Source: Eledone cirrhosa | Taxonomy: Eukaryota | Direction: 5' to 3' | Assembly: GCA_964016885.1 (NCBI GenBank) | Contig: OZ024754.1 | Span: 32,674,001-32,738,000 of the forward strand | Length of the DNA: 64,000 nucleotides | Shown here: positions 49,801 to 61,800 of the stretch, one piece after another | How positions within the stretch are numbered: the stretch's first letter is position 1 | Layout: every line of letters begins with the position of its first letter | Program-made: the position numbers and the translations under genes | Notes under the pieces: generated by a model | The model's database searches: none | The model's input: only the letters and a program-made list of their open reading frames with translations | What the model was told of the DNA's origin: nothing

Positions 49801-52800
49801 GTTGGTTGGTGTTGGTAGTGGTGTTTGTGGTGATGGTGGTGATGGTGGTAATGGTTGTGTTGGTAGTGGTGTTTGTGGTGATGGTGGTGATGGTGGTAAT
49901 GGTGGTGTTGGTAGTGGTGTTTGTTGTGATGGTGGTAATGGTGGTGTTGGTAGTGGTGTTTGTGGTGTTTGTGGTGATGGTGGTAATGGTGGTGTTGGTG
50001 GTGTTGGTAGTGGTGTTTGTGGTGATGGTGGTAATGGTGGTGTTGGTGGTGTTGGTAGTGGTGTTTGTGGTGATGGTGGTGATGGTGGTAATGGTGGTGT
50101 TGGTAGCGGTGTTTGTGGTGATGGTGGTGATGGTGGTAATGGTGGTGTTGGTAGTGGTGTTTGTGGTGATGGTGGTAGTGGTGGTGTTGGTAGTGGTGTT
50201 GGTGGTGATGGTGGTAATGTTGTGTTGGTGGTGTTGGTAGTGGTGTTTGTGGTGATGGTGGTAATGTTGGTGTTGGTAGTGGTGTTTGTGGTGATGGTGG
50301 TAATGGTGGTGTTGGTAGTGGTGTTTGTGGTGATGGTGGTAATGTTGGTGTTGGTAGTGGTGTTTGTGGTGATGGTGGTAATGGTGGTGTTGGTAGTGGT
50401 GTTTGTGGTGATGGTGGTAATGGTGGTGTTGGTAGTGGTGTTTGTGGTGATGGTGGTAATGTTGGTGTTGGTAGTGGTGTTTGTGGTGATGGTGGTAATG
50501 TTGGTGTTGCTAGTGGTGTTTGTGGTGATGGTGGTAATGTTGGTGTTGGTAGTGGTGTTTGTGGTGATGGTGGTAATGGTGGTGTTGGTAGTGGTGTTTG
50601 TGGTGATGGTGGTAATGGTGGTGTTGGTAGTGGTGTTTGTGGTGATGGTGGTAATGTTGGTGTTGGTAGTGGTGTTTGTGGTGATGGTGGTAATGTTGGT
50701 GTTGCTAGTGGTGTTTGTGGTGATGGTGGTAATGTTGGTGTTGGTAGTGGTGTTTGTGGTGATGGTGGTGATGGTGGTAATGTTGGTGTTGGTAGTGGTG
50801 TTTGTGGTGATGGTGGTAATGGTGGTGTTGGTAGTGGTGTTTGTGGTGATGGTGGTAATGTTGGTGTTGGTAGTGGTGTTTGTGGTGATGGTGGTAATGT
50901 TGGTGTTGGTAGTGGTGTTTGTGGTGATGGTGGTAATGTTGGTGTTGGTAGTGGTGTTTGTGGTGATGGTGGTAATGTTGGTGTTGGTAGTGGTGTTTGT
51001 GGTGATGGTGGTAATGTTGGTGTTGGTAGTGGTGTTTGTGGTGATGGTGGTAATGTTGGTGTTGGTAGTGGTGTTTGTGGTGATGGTGGTAATGTTGGTG
51101 TTGGTAGTGGTGTTTGTGGTGATGGTGGTAATGTTGGTGTTGGTAGTGGTGTTTGTGGTGGTGATGGTGGTAATGTTGGTGTTGGTAGTGGTGTTTGTGG
51201 TGATGGTGGTAATGTTGGTGTTGGTAGTGGTGTTTGTGGTGATGGTGGTAATGTTGGTGTTGGTAGTGGTGTTTGTGGTGATGGTGGTAATGTTGGTGTT
51301 GGTAGTGGTGTTTGTGGTGATGGTGGTAATGTTGGTGTTGGTAGTGGTGTTTGTGGTGATGGTGGTGATGGTGGTAATGTTGGTGTTGGTAGTGGTGTTT
51401 GTGGTGTTGTGGTGATGGTGGTAATGTTGGTGTTGGTAGTGGTGTTTGTGGTGATGGTGGTAATGTTGGTGTTGGTAGTGGTGTTTGTGGTGATGGTGGT
51501 AATGTTGGTGTTGGTAGTGGTGTTTGTGGTGATGGTGGTAATGTTGGTGTTGGTAGTGGTGTTTGTGGTGATGGTGGTAATGTTGGTGTTGGTAGTGGTG
51601 TTTGTGGTGATGGTGGTAATGTTGGTGTTGGTAGTGGTGTTTGTGGTGATGGTGGTAATGTTGGTGTTGGTAGTGGTGTTTGTGGTGATGGTGGTGATGG
51701 TGGTAATGTTGGTGTTGGTAGTGGTGTTTGTGGTGATGGTGGTAATGTTGGTGTTGGTAGTGGTGTTTGTGGTGATGGTGGTAATGTTGGTGTTGGTAGT
51801 GGTGTTTGTGGTGATGGTGGTAATGTTGGTGTTGGTAGTGGTGTTTGTGGTGATGGTGGTAATGTTGGTGTTGGTAGTGGTGTTTGTGGTGATGGTGGTA
51901 ATGTTGGTGTTGGTAGTGGTGTTTGTGGTGATGGTGGTGATGGTGGTAATGTTGGTGTTGGTAGTGGTGTTTGTGGTGATGGTGGTAATGTTGGTGTTGG
52001 TAGTGGTGTTTGTGGTGATGGTGGTAATGTTGGTGTTGATAGTGGTGTTTGTGGTGATGGTGGTAATGTTGGTGTTGGTAGTGGTGTTTGTGGTGATGGT
52101 GGTAATTTTGGTGTTGGTAGTGGTGTTTGTGGTGATGGTGGTAATGTTGGTGTTGGTAGTGGTGTTTGTGGTGATGGTGGTGATGGTGGTAATGTTGGTG
52201 TTGGTAGTGGTGTTTGTGGTGATGGTGGTAATGTTGGTGTTGATAGTGGTGTTTGTGGTGATGGTGGTAATGTTGGTGTTGGTAGTGGTGTTTGTGGTGA
52301 TGGTGGTAATGTTGGTGTTGGTAGTGGTGTTTGTGGTGATGGTGGTAATGTTGGTGTTGGTAGTGGTGTTTGTGGTGATGGTGGTAATGTTGGTGTTGGT
52401 AGTGGTGTTTGTGGTGATGGTGGTAATGGTGGTGTTGGTAGTGGTGTTTGTGGTGATGGTGGTAATGGTGGTGTTGGTAGTGGTGTTTGTGGTGATGGTG
52501 GTAATTTTGGTGTTGGTAGTGGTGTTTGTGGTGATGGTGGTAATGTTGGTGTTGGTAGTGGTGTTTGTGGTGATGGTGGTGATGGTGGTAATGTTGGTGT
52601 TGGTAGTGGTGTTTGTGGTGATGGTGGTAATGTTGGTGTTGGTAGTGGTGTTTGTGGTGATGGTGGTAATGTTGGTGTTGGTAGTGGTGTTTGTGGTGTT
52701 GGTGGTAATGGTGGTGTTGGTAGGTAGTGGTGTTTGTGGTGATGGTGGTAATGGTGGTAATGGTGGTGTTGGTAGTGGTGTTTGTGGTGATGGTGGTGAT

Positions 52801-55800
52801 GGTGGTAATGGTGGTGTTGGTAGTGGTGTTTGTGGTGATGGTGGTAATGGTGGTAATGGTGGTGTTGGTAGTGGTGTTTGTGGTGATGGTGGTGATGGTG
52901 GTAATGGTGGTGTTGGTAGTGGTGTTTGTGGTGATGGTGGTAATGGTTGTGTTGGTAGTGGTGTTTGTGGTGATGGTGGAAATGGTGGTGTTGGTAGTGG
53001 TGTTTGTGGTGATGGTGGTAATGGTGGTGTTAGTAGTGGTGTTTGTGGTGATGGTGGTAATGGTGGTGTTGGTAGTGGTGTTTGTGGTGATGGTGGTAAT
53101 GGTTGTGTTGGTAGTGGTGTTTGTGGTGATGGTGGTAATGGTGGTGTTGGTAGTGGTGTTTGTGGTGATGGTGGTAATGGTGGTGTTGGTAGTGGTGTTT
53201 GTGGTGATGGTGGTAATGGTGGTGGTGGTAGTGGTGTTTGTGGTGATGGTGGTAATGGTGGTGTTGGTAGTGGTGTTTGTGGTGATGGTGGTAATGGTGG
53301 TGTTGGTAGTGGTGTTTGTGGTGATGGTGGTAATGGTGGTGTTGGTAGTGGTGTTTGTGGTGATGGTGGTAATGGTGGTGTTGGTAGTGGTGTTTGTGGT
53401 GATGGTGGTAACGGTGGTGTTGGTAGTGGTGTTTGTGGTGATGGTGGTAATGGTGGTGTTGGTAGTGGTGTTTGTGGTGATGGTGGTAATGGTGGTGTTG
53501 GTAGTGGTGTTTGTGGTGATGGTGGTAATGGTGGTGTTGGTAGTGGTGTTTGTGGTGATGGTGGTAATGGTGGTGTTGGTAGTGGTGTTTGTGGTGATGG
53601 TGGTAATGGTGGTGTTGGTAGTGGTGTTTGTGGTGATGGTGGTAATGGTGGTGTTGGTAGTGGTGTTTGTGGTGATGGTGGTAATGGTGGTGTTGGTAGT
53701 GGTGTTTGTGGTGATGGTGGTGTTGGTAGTGGTGTTTGTGGTGATGGTGGTAACGGTGGTGTTGGTAGTGGTGTTTGTGGTGATGGTGGTGTTGGTAGTG
53801 GTGTTTGTGGTGATGGTGGCAATGGTGGTGTTGGTAGTGGTGTTTGTGGTGATGGTGGTGTTGGTAGTGGTGTTTGTGGTGATGGTGGTAAAGGTGGTGT
53901 TGGTAGTGGTGTTTGTGGTGATGGTGGTAACGGTGGGTTGGTAGTGGTGTTTGTGGTGATGGTGGTAAAGTGGTGTTGGTAGTGGTGTTTGTGGTGATGG
54001 TGGTGTTGGTAGTGGTGTTTGTGGTGATGGTGGTAATGGTGGTGTTGGTAGTGGTGTTTGTGGTGATGGTGGTGTTGGTAGTGGTGTTTGTGGTAATGGT
54101 GGTAAAGGTGGTGTGGTAGTGGTGTTTGTGGTGATGGTGGTAACGGTGGTGTTGGTAGTGGTGTTTGTGGTGATGGTGGTAATGGTGGTGTTGGTAGTGG
54201 TGTTTGTGGTGATGGTGGTAATGGTGGTGTTGGTAGTGGTGTTTGTGGTGATGGTGGTATGGTGTGTTGGTAGTGGTGTTTGTGGTGATGGTGGTAATGG
54301 TGGTGTTGGTAGTGGTGTTTGTGGTGATGGTGGTAATGGTGGTGTTGGTAGTGGTGTTTGTGGTGATGAGTGGTAATGGGTGGTGTTGGTAGTGGTGTTT
54401 GTGGTGATGGTGGTAATGGTGGTGTTGGTAGTGGTGTTTGTGGTGATGGTGGTGTTGGTAGTGGTGTTTGTGGTGATGGTGGTAACGGTGGTGTTGGTAG
54501 TGGTGTTTGTGGTGATGGGTGGTGTTGGTAGTGGTGTTTGTGGTGATGGTGGCAATGGTGGTGTGGTAGTGGTGTTTGTGGTGATGGTGGTGTTGGTAGT
54601 GGTGTTTGTGGTGATGGTGGCAATGGTGGTGTTGGTAGTGGTGTTTGTGGTGATGGTGGTGTTGGTAGTGGTGTTTGTGGTGATGGTGGCAATAGTGGTG
54701 TTGGTAGTGGTGTTTGTAGTGATGGTGGTTATGGTGGTGTTGGTAGTGGTGTTTGTGGTGTTGGTGGTGTTGGTAGTGGTGTTTATGGTGATGGTGGTAA
54801 TGGTGGTGTTGGTAGTGGTGCTTGTGGTGATGGTGGCAATGGTGGTGTTGGTAGTGGTGTTTGGGGTGTTGGTGGTGTTGGTAGTGGTGTTATGGTGATG
54901 GTGGTAATGGTGGTGTTGGTAGTGGTGTTTGTGGTAATGGTGGTAATGGTGGTGTTGGTAGTGGTGTTTGTGGTGATGGTGGTGTTGGTAGTGGTGTTTG
55001 TGGTGATGGTGGTAATGGTGGTGTTGGTAGTGGTGTTTGTGGTGATGGTGGTAACGGTGGTGTTGGTAGTGGTGTTTGTGGTGATGGTGGTAACGGGGGT
55101 GTTGGTAGTGGTGTTTGTGGTAATGGTGGTAATGGTGGTGTTGGTAGTGGTGTTTGTGGTAATGGTGGTGTTGGTAGTGGTGTTTGTGGTGATGGTGGTA
55201 ATGGTGGTGTTGGTAGTGGTGTTTGTGGTGATGGTGGTAACGGGGGTGTTGGTAGTGGTGTTTGTGGTGATGGTGGTAATGGTGGTGTTGGTAGTGGTGT
55301 TTGTGGTGATGGTGGTAATGGTGGTGTTGGTAGTGGTGTTTATGGTGATGGTGGTAATGGTGGTGTTTGTTGGTAGTGGTGTTTGTGGTAATGGTGGTAA
55401 TGGTGGTGTTGGTAGTGGTGTTTGTGGTGATGGTGGTAATGGTGGTGTTGGTAGTGGTGTTTGTGGTGATGGTGGTAATGGTGGTGTTGGTAGTGGTGTT
55501 TGTGGTGATGGTGGTAATGGTGGTGTTGGTAGTGGTGTTTATGGTGATGGTGGTAATGGTGGTGTTGGTAGTGGTGTTTGTGGTGATGGTGGTGTTGGTA
55601 GTGGTGTTTGTGGTGATGGTGGTAATGGTGGTGTTGGTAGTGGTGTTTGTGGTGATGGTGGTGTTGGTAGTGGTGTTTGTGGTGATGGTGGTAATGGTGG
55701 TGTTGGTAGTGGTGTTTGTGGTGATGGTGGTAACGGTGGTGTTGGTAGTGGTGTTTGTGGTGATGGTGGTAACGGTGGTGTTGGTAGTGGTGTTTGTGGT

Positions 55801-58800
55801 GATGGTGGTAATGGTGGTGTTGGTAGTGGTGTTTGTGGTGATGGTGGTGATGGTGGTAATGGTGGTGTTGGTAGTGGTGTTTGTGGTGATGGTGGTAGTG
55901 GTGGTGTTGGTGGTGTTGGTAGTGGTGTTTGTGGTGATGGTGGTGATGGTGGTAATGGTGGTGTTGGTAGTAGTGTGTTTGTGGTGATGGTGGTGATGGT
56001 GGTAATGGTGGTGTTGGTGGTGTTGGTAGTGGTGTTTGTGGTGATGGTGGTAATGGTGGTGTTGGTAGTGGTGTTTGTGGTGATGGTGGTAATGGTGGTG
56101 TTGGTAGTGGTGTTTGTGGTGTTGGTGGTAATGGTGGTGTTGGTGGTGTTGGTAGTGGTGTTTGTGGTGTTGGTGGTAATGGTGGTGTTGGTGGTGTTGG
56201 TAGTGGTGTTTGTGGTGATGGTGGTAACGGTGGTGTTGGTAGTGGTGTTTGTGGTGATGGTGGTAATGGTGGTGTTGGTAGTGGTGTTTGTGGTGATGGT
56301 GGTAATGGTGGTGTTAGTAGTGGTGTTTGTGGTGATGGTGGTAACGGTGGTGTTGGTAGTGGTGTTTGTGGTGATGGTGGTAATGGTGGTGTTGGTAGTG
56401 GTGTTTGTGGTGATGGTGGTAACGGTGGTGTTGGTAGTGGTGTTTGTGGTGTTGGTGGTAATGGTGGTGTTGGTGGTGTTGGTAGTGGTGTTTGTGGTGT
56501 TGGTGGTAATGGTGGTGTTGGTGGTGTTGGTAGTGGTGTTTGTGGTGTTGGTGGTAATGGTGTGTTGTGGTGTTGGTAGTGGTGTTTGTGGTGATGGTGG
56601 TAATGGTGGTGTTAGTAGTGGTGTTTGTGGTGATGGTGGTACGGTGGTGTTGGTAGTGTGTTTGTGGTGATGTGGTAATGGTGGTGTGTAGTGGTGTTTG
56701 TGGTGATGGTGGTAACGGTGGTGTTGGTAGTGGTGTTTGTGGTGTTGGTGGTAATGGTGGTGTTGGTGGTGTTGGTAGTGGTGTTTGTGGTGTTGGTGGT
56801 AATGGTGGTGTTGGTGGTGTTGGTAGTGGTGTTTGTGGTGTTGGTGGTAATGGTGGTGTTGGTGGTGTTGGTAGTGGTGTTCGTGGTGTTGGTGGTGTTG
56901 GTAGTGGTGTTTGTGGGGATGGTGGTAATGGTGGTGTTGGTAGTGGTGTGGTGTTTGTGGTGATGGTGGTGTTGGTAGTGGTGTTTGTGGTGATGGTGCT
57001 AATGGTGGTGTTGGTAGTGGTGTTTGTGGTGTTGGTGGTAATTGTGGTGATGGTGGTGTTGGTAGTGGTGTTTGTGGTGTTGGTGGTGTTGGTAGTGGTG
57101 TTTGTGGTGATGGTGCTGATGGTGGTAATGGTGGTGTTGGTAGTGGTGTTTGTGGTGTTTGTGGTGATGGTGGTAGTGGTGGTGTTGGTAGTGGTGTTTG
57201 TGGTGATGGTGGTGATGGTGGTAATGGTGGTGTTGGTAGTGGTGTTTGTGGTGTTTGTGGTGATGGTGGTAGTGGTGGTGTTGGTAGTGGTGTTTGTGGT
57301 GATGGTGGTGATGGTGGTAATGGTGGTGTTGGTAGTGGTGTTTGTGGTGATGGTGGTGATGGTGGTAATGGTGGTGTTGGTAGTGGTGTTTGTGGTGATG
57401 GTGGTAATGGTGGTGTTGGTGGTGTTGGTAGTGGTGTTTGTGGTGATGGTGGTAATGGTGGTGTTGGTGGTGTTGGTAGTGGTGTTTGTGGTGATGGTGG
57501 TGATGGTGGTAATGGTGGTGTTGGTAGTGGTGTTTGTGGTGATGGTGGTGATGGTGGTAATGGTGGTGTTGGTAGTGGTGTTTGTGGTGATGGTGGTGAT
57601 GGTGGTAATGGTGGTGTTGGTGGTGTTGGTAGTGGTGTTTGTGGTGATGGTGGTAATGGTGGTGTTGGTGGTGTTGGTAGTGGTGTTTGTGGTGATGGTG
57701 GTGATGGTGGTAATGGTGGTGTTGGTAGTGGTGTTTGTGGTGATGGTGGTGATGGTGGTAGATGGTGGTGTTGGTAGTGGTGTTTGTGGTGATGGTGGTA
57801 AGTGGTGGTGTTGGTAGTGGTGTTTGTGGTGATGGTGGTAATGGTGGTGTTGGTGGTGTTGGTAGTGGTGTTTGTGGTGATGGTGGTGATGGTGGTAATG
57901 GTTGTGTTGGTAGTGGTGTTTGTGGTGATGGTGGTGATTGGTAATGGTGGTGTTGGTAGTGGTGTTTGTTGTGATGGTGGTAATGGTGGTGTTGGTAGTG
58001 GTGTTTGTGGTGTTTGTGGTGATGGTGGTAATGGTGGTGTTGGTGGTGTTGGTAGTGGTGTTTGTGGTGATGGTGGTAATGGTGGTGTTGGTGGTGTTGG
58101 TAGTGGTGTTTGTGGTGATGGTGGTGATGGTGGTAATGGTGGTGTTGGTAGGGTGTTTGTGGTGATGGTGGTGATGGTGGTAATGGTGGTGTTGGTAGTG
58201 GTGTTTGTGGTGATGGTGGTAGTGGTGGTGTTGGTAGTGGTGGTTGGTGGTGATGGTGGTAATGTTGGTGTTGGTAGGTAGTGGTGTTTGTGGTGATGGT
58301 GGTAATGGTGGTGTATGGTGGTGTTGGTAGTGGTGTTTGTGGTGATGGTGGTAATGTTGGTGTTGGTAGTGGTGTTTGTGGTGATGGTGGTAATGGTGGT
58401 GTTGGTAGTGGTGTTTGTGGTGATGGTGGTAATGTTGGTGTTGGTATTGGTGTTTGTGGTGATGGTGGTAATGTTGGTGTTGGTAGTGGTGTTTGTGGTG
58501 ATGGTGGTAATGTTGGTGTTGGTAGTGGTGTTTGTGGTGATGGTGGTAATGTTGGTGTTGGTAGTGGTGTTTGTGGTGATGGTGGTAATGGTGGTGTTGG
58601 TAGTGGTGTTTGTGGTGATGGTGGTAATGGTGGTGTTGGTAGTGGTGTTTGTGGTGATGGTGGTAATGGTGGTGTTGGTAGTGGTGTTTGTGGTGATGGT
58701 GGTAATGTTGGTGTTGGTAGTGGTGTTTGTGGTGATGGTGGTAATGGTGGTGTTGGTAGTGGTGTTTGTGGTGATGGTGGTAATGTTGGTGTTGTAGTGG

Positions 58801-61800
58801 TGTTTGTGGTGATGGTGGTGATGGTGGTAATGTTGGTGTTGGTAGTGGTGTTTGTGGTGATGGTGGTAATGTTGGTGTTGGTAGTGGTGTTTGTGGTGAT
58901 GGTGGTAATGTTGGTGTTGGTAGTGGTGTTTGTGGTGATGGTGGTAATGGTGGTGTTGGTAGTGGTGTTTGTGGTGATGGTGGTAATGTTGGTGTTGCTA
59001 GTGGTGTTTGTGGTGATGGTGGTGATGGTGGTAATGTTGGTGTTGGTAGTGGTGTTTGTGGTGATGGTGGTAATGTTGGTGTTGGTAGTGGTGTTTGTGG
59101 TGATGGTGGTAATGTTGGTGTTGGTAGTGGTGTTTGTGGTGATGGTGGTAATGTTGGTGTTGGTAGTGGTGTTTGTGGTGATGGTGGTGATGGTGGTATG
59201 TTGGTGTTGGTAGTGGTGTTTGTGGTGATGGTGGTAATGTTGGTGTTGGTAGTGGTGTTTGTGGTGATGGTGTGGGTAATGTTGGTGTTGGTAGTGGTGT
59301 TTGTGGTGATGGTGGTGATGGTGGTAATGTTGGTGTTGGTAGTGGTGTTTGTGGTGATGGTGGTAATGTTGGTGTTGGTAGTGGTGTTTGTGGTGATGGT
59401 GGTAATGTTGGTGTTGGTAGTGGTGTTTGTGGTGATGGTGGTAATGTTGGTGTTGGTAGTGGGTGTTTGTGGTGATGGTGGTAATGTTGGTGTTGGTAGT
59501 GGTGTTTGTGGTGATGGTGGTGATGGTGGTAATGTTGGTGTGGTATGTGGTGTTTGTGGTGTTTGTGGTGATGGTGGTAATGTTGGTGTTGGTAGTGGTG
59601 TTTGTGGTGATGGTGGTAATGTTGGTGTTGGTAGTGGTGTTTGTGGTGATGGTGGTAATGTTGGTGTTGGTAGTGGTGTTTGTGGTGATGGTGGTGATGG
59701 TGGTAATGTTGGTGTTGGTAGTGGTGTTTGTGGTGATGGTGGTGATGGTGGTAATGTTGGTGTTGGTAGTGGTGTTTGTGGTGATGGTGGTAATGTTGGG
59801 GTGTTGCTAGTGGTGTTTGTGGTGATGGTGGTGATGGTGGTAATGTTGGTGTTGGTAGTGGTGTTTGTGGTGATGGTGGTAATGTTGGTGTTGGTAGTGG
59901 TGTTTGTGGTGATGGTGGTATGTTGGTGTTGGTAGTGGTGTTTGTGGTGATGGTGGTAATGTGGTGTTGGTAGTGGTGTTTGTGGTGATGGTGGTAATGT
60001 TGGTGTTGGTAGTGGTGTTTGTGGTGATGGTGGTGATGGTGTATGTTGGTGTTGGTAGTGGTGTTTGTGGTGTTTGTGGTGATGGTGGTAATGTTGGTGT
60101 TGGTAGTGGTGTTTGTGGTGATGGTGGTAATGTGGTGTTGGTAGTGGTGTTTGTGGTGATGGTGGGTAATGTTGGTGTTGGTAGTGGTGTTTGTGGTGAT
60201 GGTGGTAATGTTGGTGTTGGTAGTGGTGTTTGTGGTGATGGTGGTAATGTTGGTGTTGGTAGTGGTGTTTGTGGTGATGGTGGTAATGTTGGTGTTGGTA
60301 GTGGTGTTTGTGGTGATGGTGGTAATGTTGGTGTTGGTAGTGGTGTTTGTGGTGATGGTGGTGATGGTGGTAATGTTGGTGTTGGTAGTGGTGTTTGTGG
60401 TGATGGTGGTAATGTTGGTGTTGGTAGTGGTGTTTGTGGTGATGGTGGTAATGTTGGTGTTGGTAGTGGTGTTTGTGGTGATGGTGGTAATGTTGGTGTT
60501 GGTAGTGGTGTTTGTGGTGATGGTGGTAATGTTGGTGTTGGTAGTGGTGTTTGTGGTGATGGTGGTAATGTTGGTGTTGGTAGTGGTGTTTGTGGTGATG
60601 GTGGTGATGGTGGTAATGTTGGTGTTGGTAGTGGTGTTTGTGGTGATGGTGGTAATGTTGGTGTTGGTAGTGGTGTTTGTGGTGATGGTGGTAATGTTGG
60701 TGTTGGTAGTGGTGTTTGTGGTGATGGTGGTAATGTTGGTGTTGGTAGTGGTGTTTGTGGTGATGGTGGTAATGTTGGTGTTGGTAGTGGTGTTTGTGGT
60801 GATGGTGGTAATGTTGGTGTTGGTAGTGGTGTTTGTGGTGATGGTGGTGTGGTGGTAATGTTGGTGTTGGTAGTGGTGTTTGTGGTGATGGTGGTAATGT
60901 TGGTGTTGGTAGTGGTGTTTGTGGTGATGGTGGTAATGTTGGTGTTGGTAGTGGTGTTTGTGGTGATGGTGGTAATGTTGGTGTTGGTAGTGGTGTTTGT
61001 GGTGATGGTGGTAATGTTGGTGTTGGTAGTGGTGTTTGTGGTGATGGTGGTAATGTTGGTGTTGGTAGTGGTGTTTGTGGTGATGGTGGTAATGGTGGTG
61101 TTGGTAGTGGTGTTTGTGGTGATGGTGGTAATGGTGGTGTTGGTAGTGGTGTTTGTGGTGATGGTGGTAATGTTGGTGTTGGTAGTGGTGTTTGTGGTGA
61201 TGGTGGTAATGTTGGTGTTGGTAGTGGTGTTTGTGGTGATGGTGGTGATGGTGGTATGTTGGTGTTGGTAGTGGTGTTTGTGGTGATGGTGGTAATGTTG
61301 GTGTTGGTAGTGGTGTTTGTGGTGATGGTGGTAATGTTGGTGTTGGTAGTGGTGTTTGTGGTGATGGTGGTAATGTTGGTGTTGGTAGTGGTGTTTGTGG
61401 TGTTGGTGGTAATGGTGGTGTTGGTAGGTGTGGTGGTTTGTGGTGATGGTGGTAATGGTGGTAATGGTGGTGTGGTAGTGGTGTTTGTGGTGATGGTGGT
61501 GATGGTGGTAATGGTGGTGTTGGTAGTGGTGTTTGTGGTGATGGTGGTAATGGTGGTGTGGTTGGGTGTTGGTAGTGGTGTTTGTGGTGATGGGTGGTGT
61601 GTGGTGGTAATGGTGGTGTTGGTAGTGGTGTTTGTGGTGATGGTGGTAATGGTTGTGTTGGTAGTGGTGTTTGTGGTGGTGATGGTGGTATGGTGGTGTT
61701 GGTAGTGGTGTTTGTGGTGTGGTGGTAATGGTGGTGTTAGTAGTGGTGTTTGTGGTGATGGTGGTGATGGTGGTAATGGTGGTGTTGGTAGTGGTGTTTG

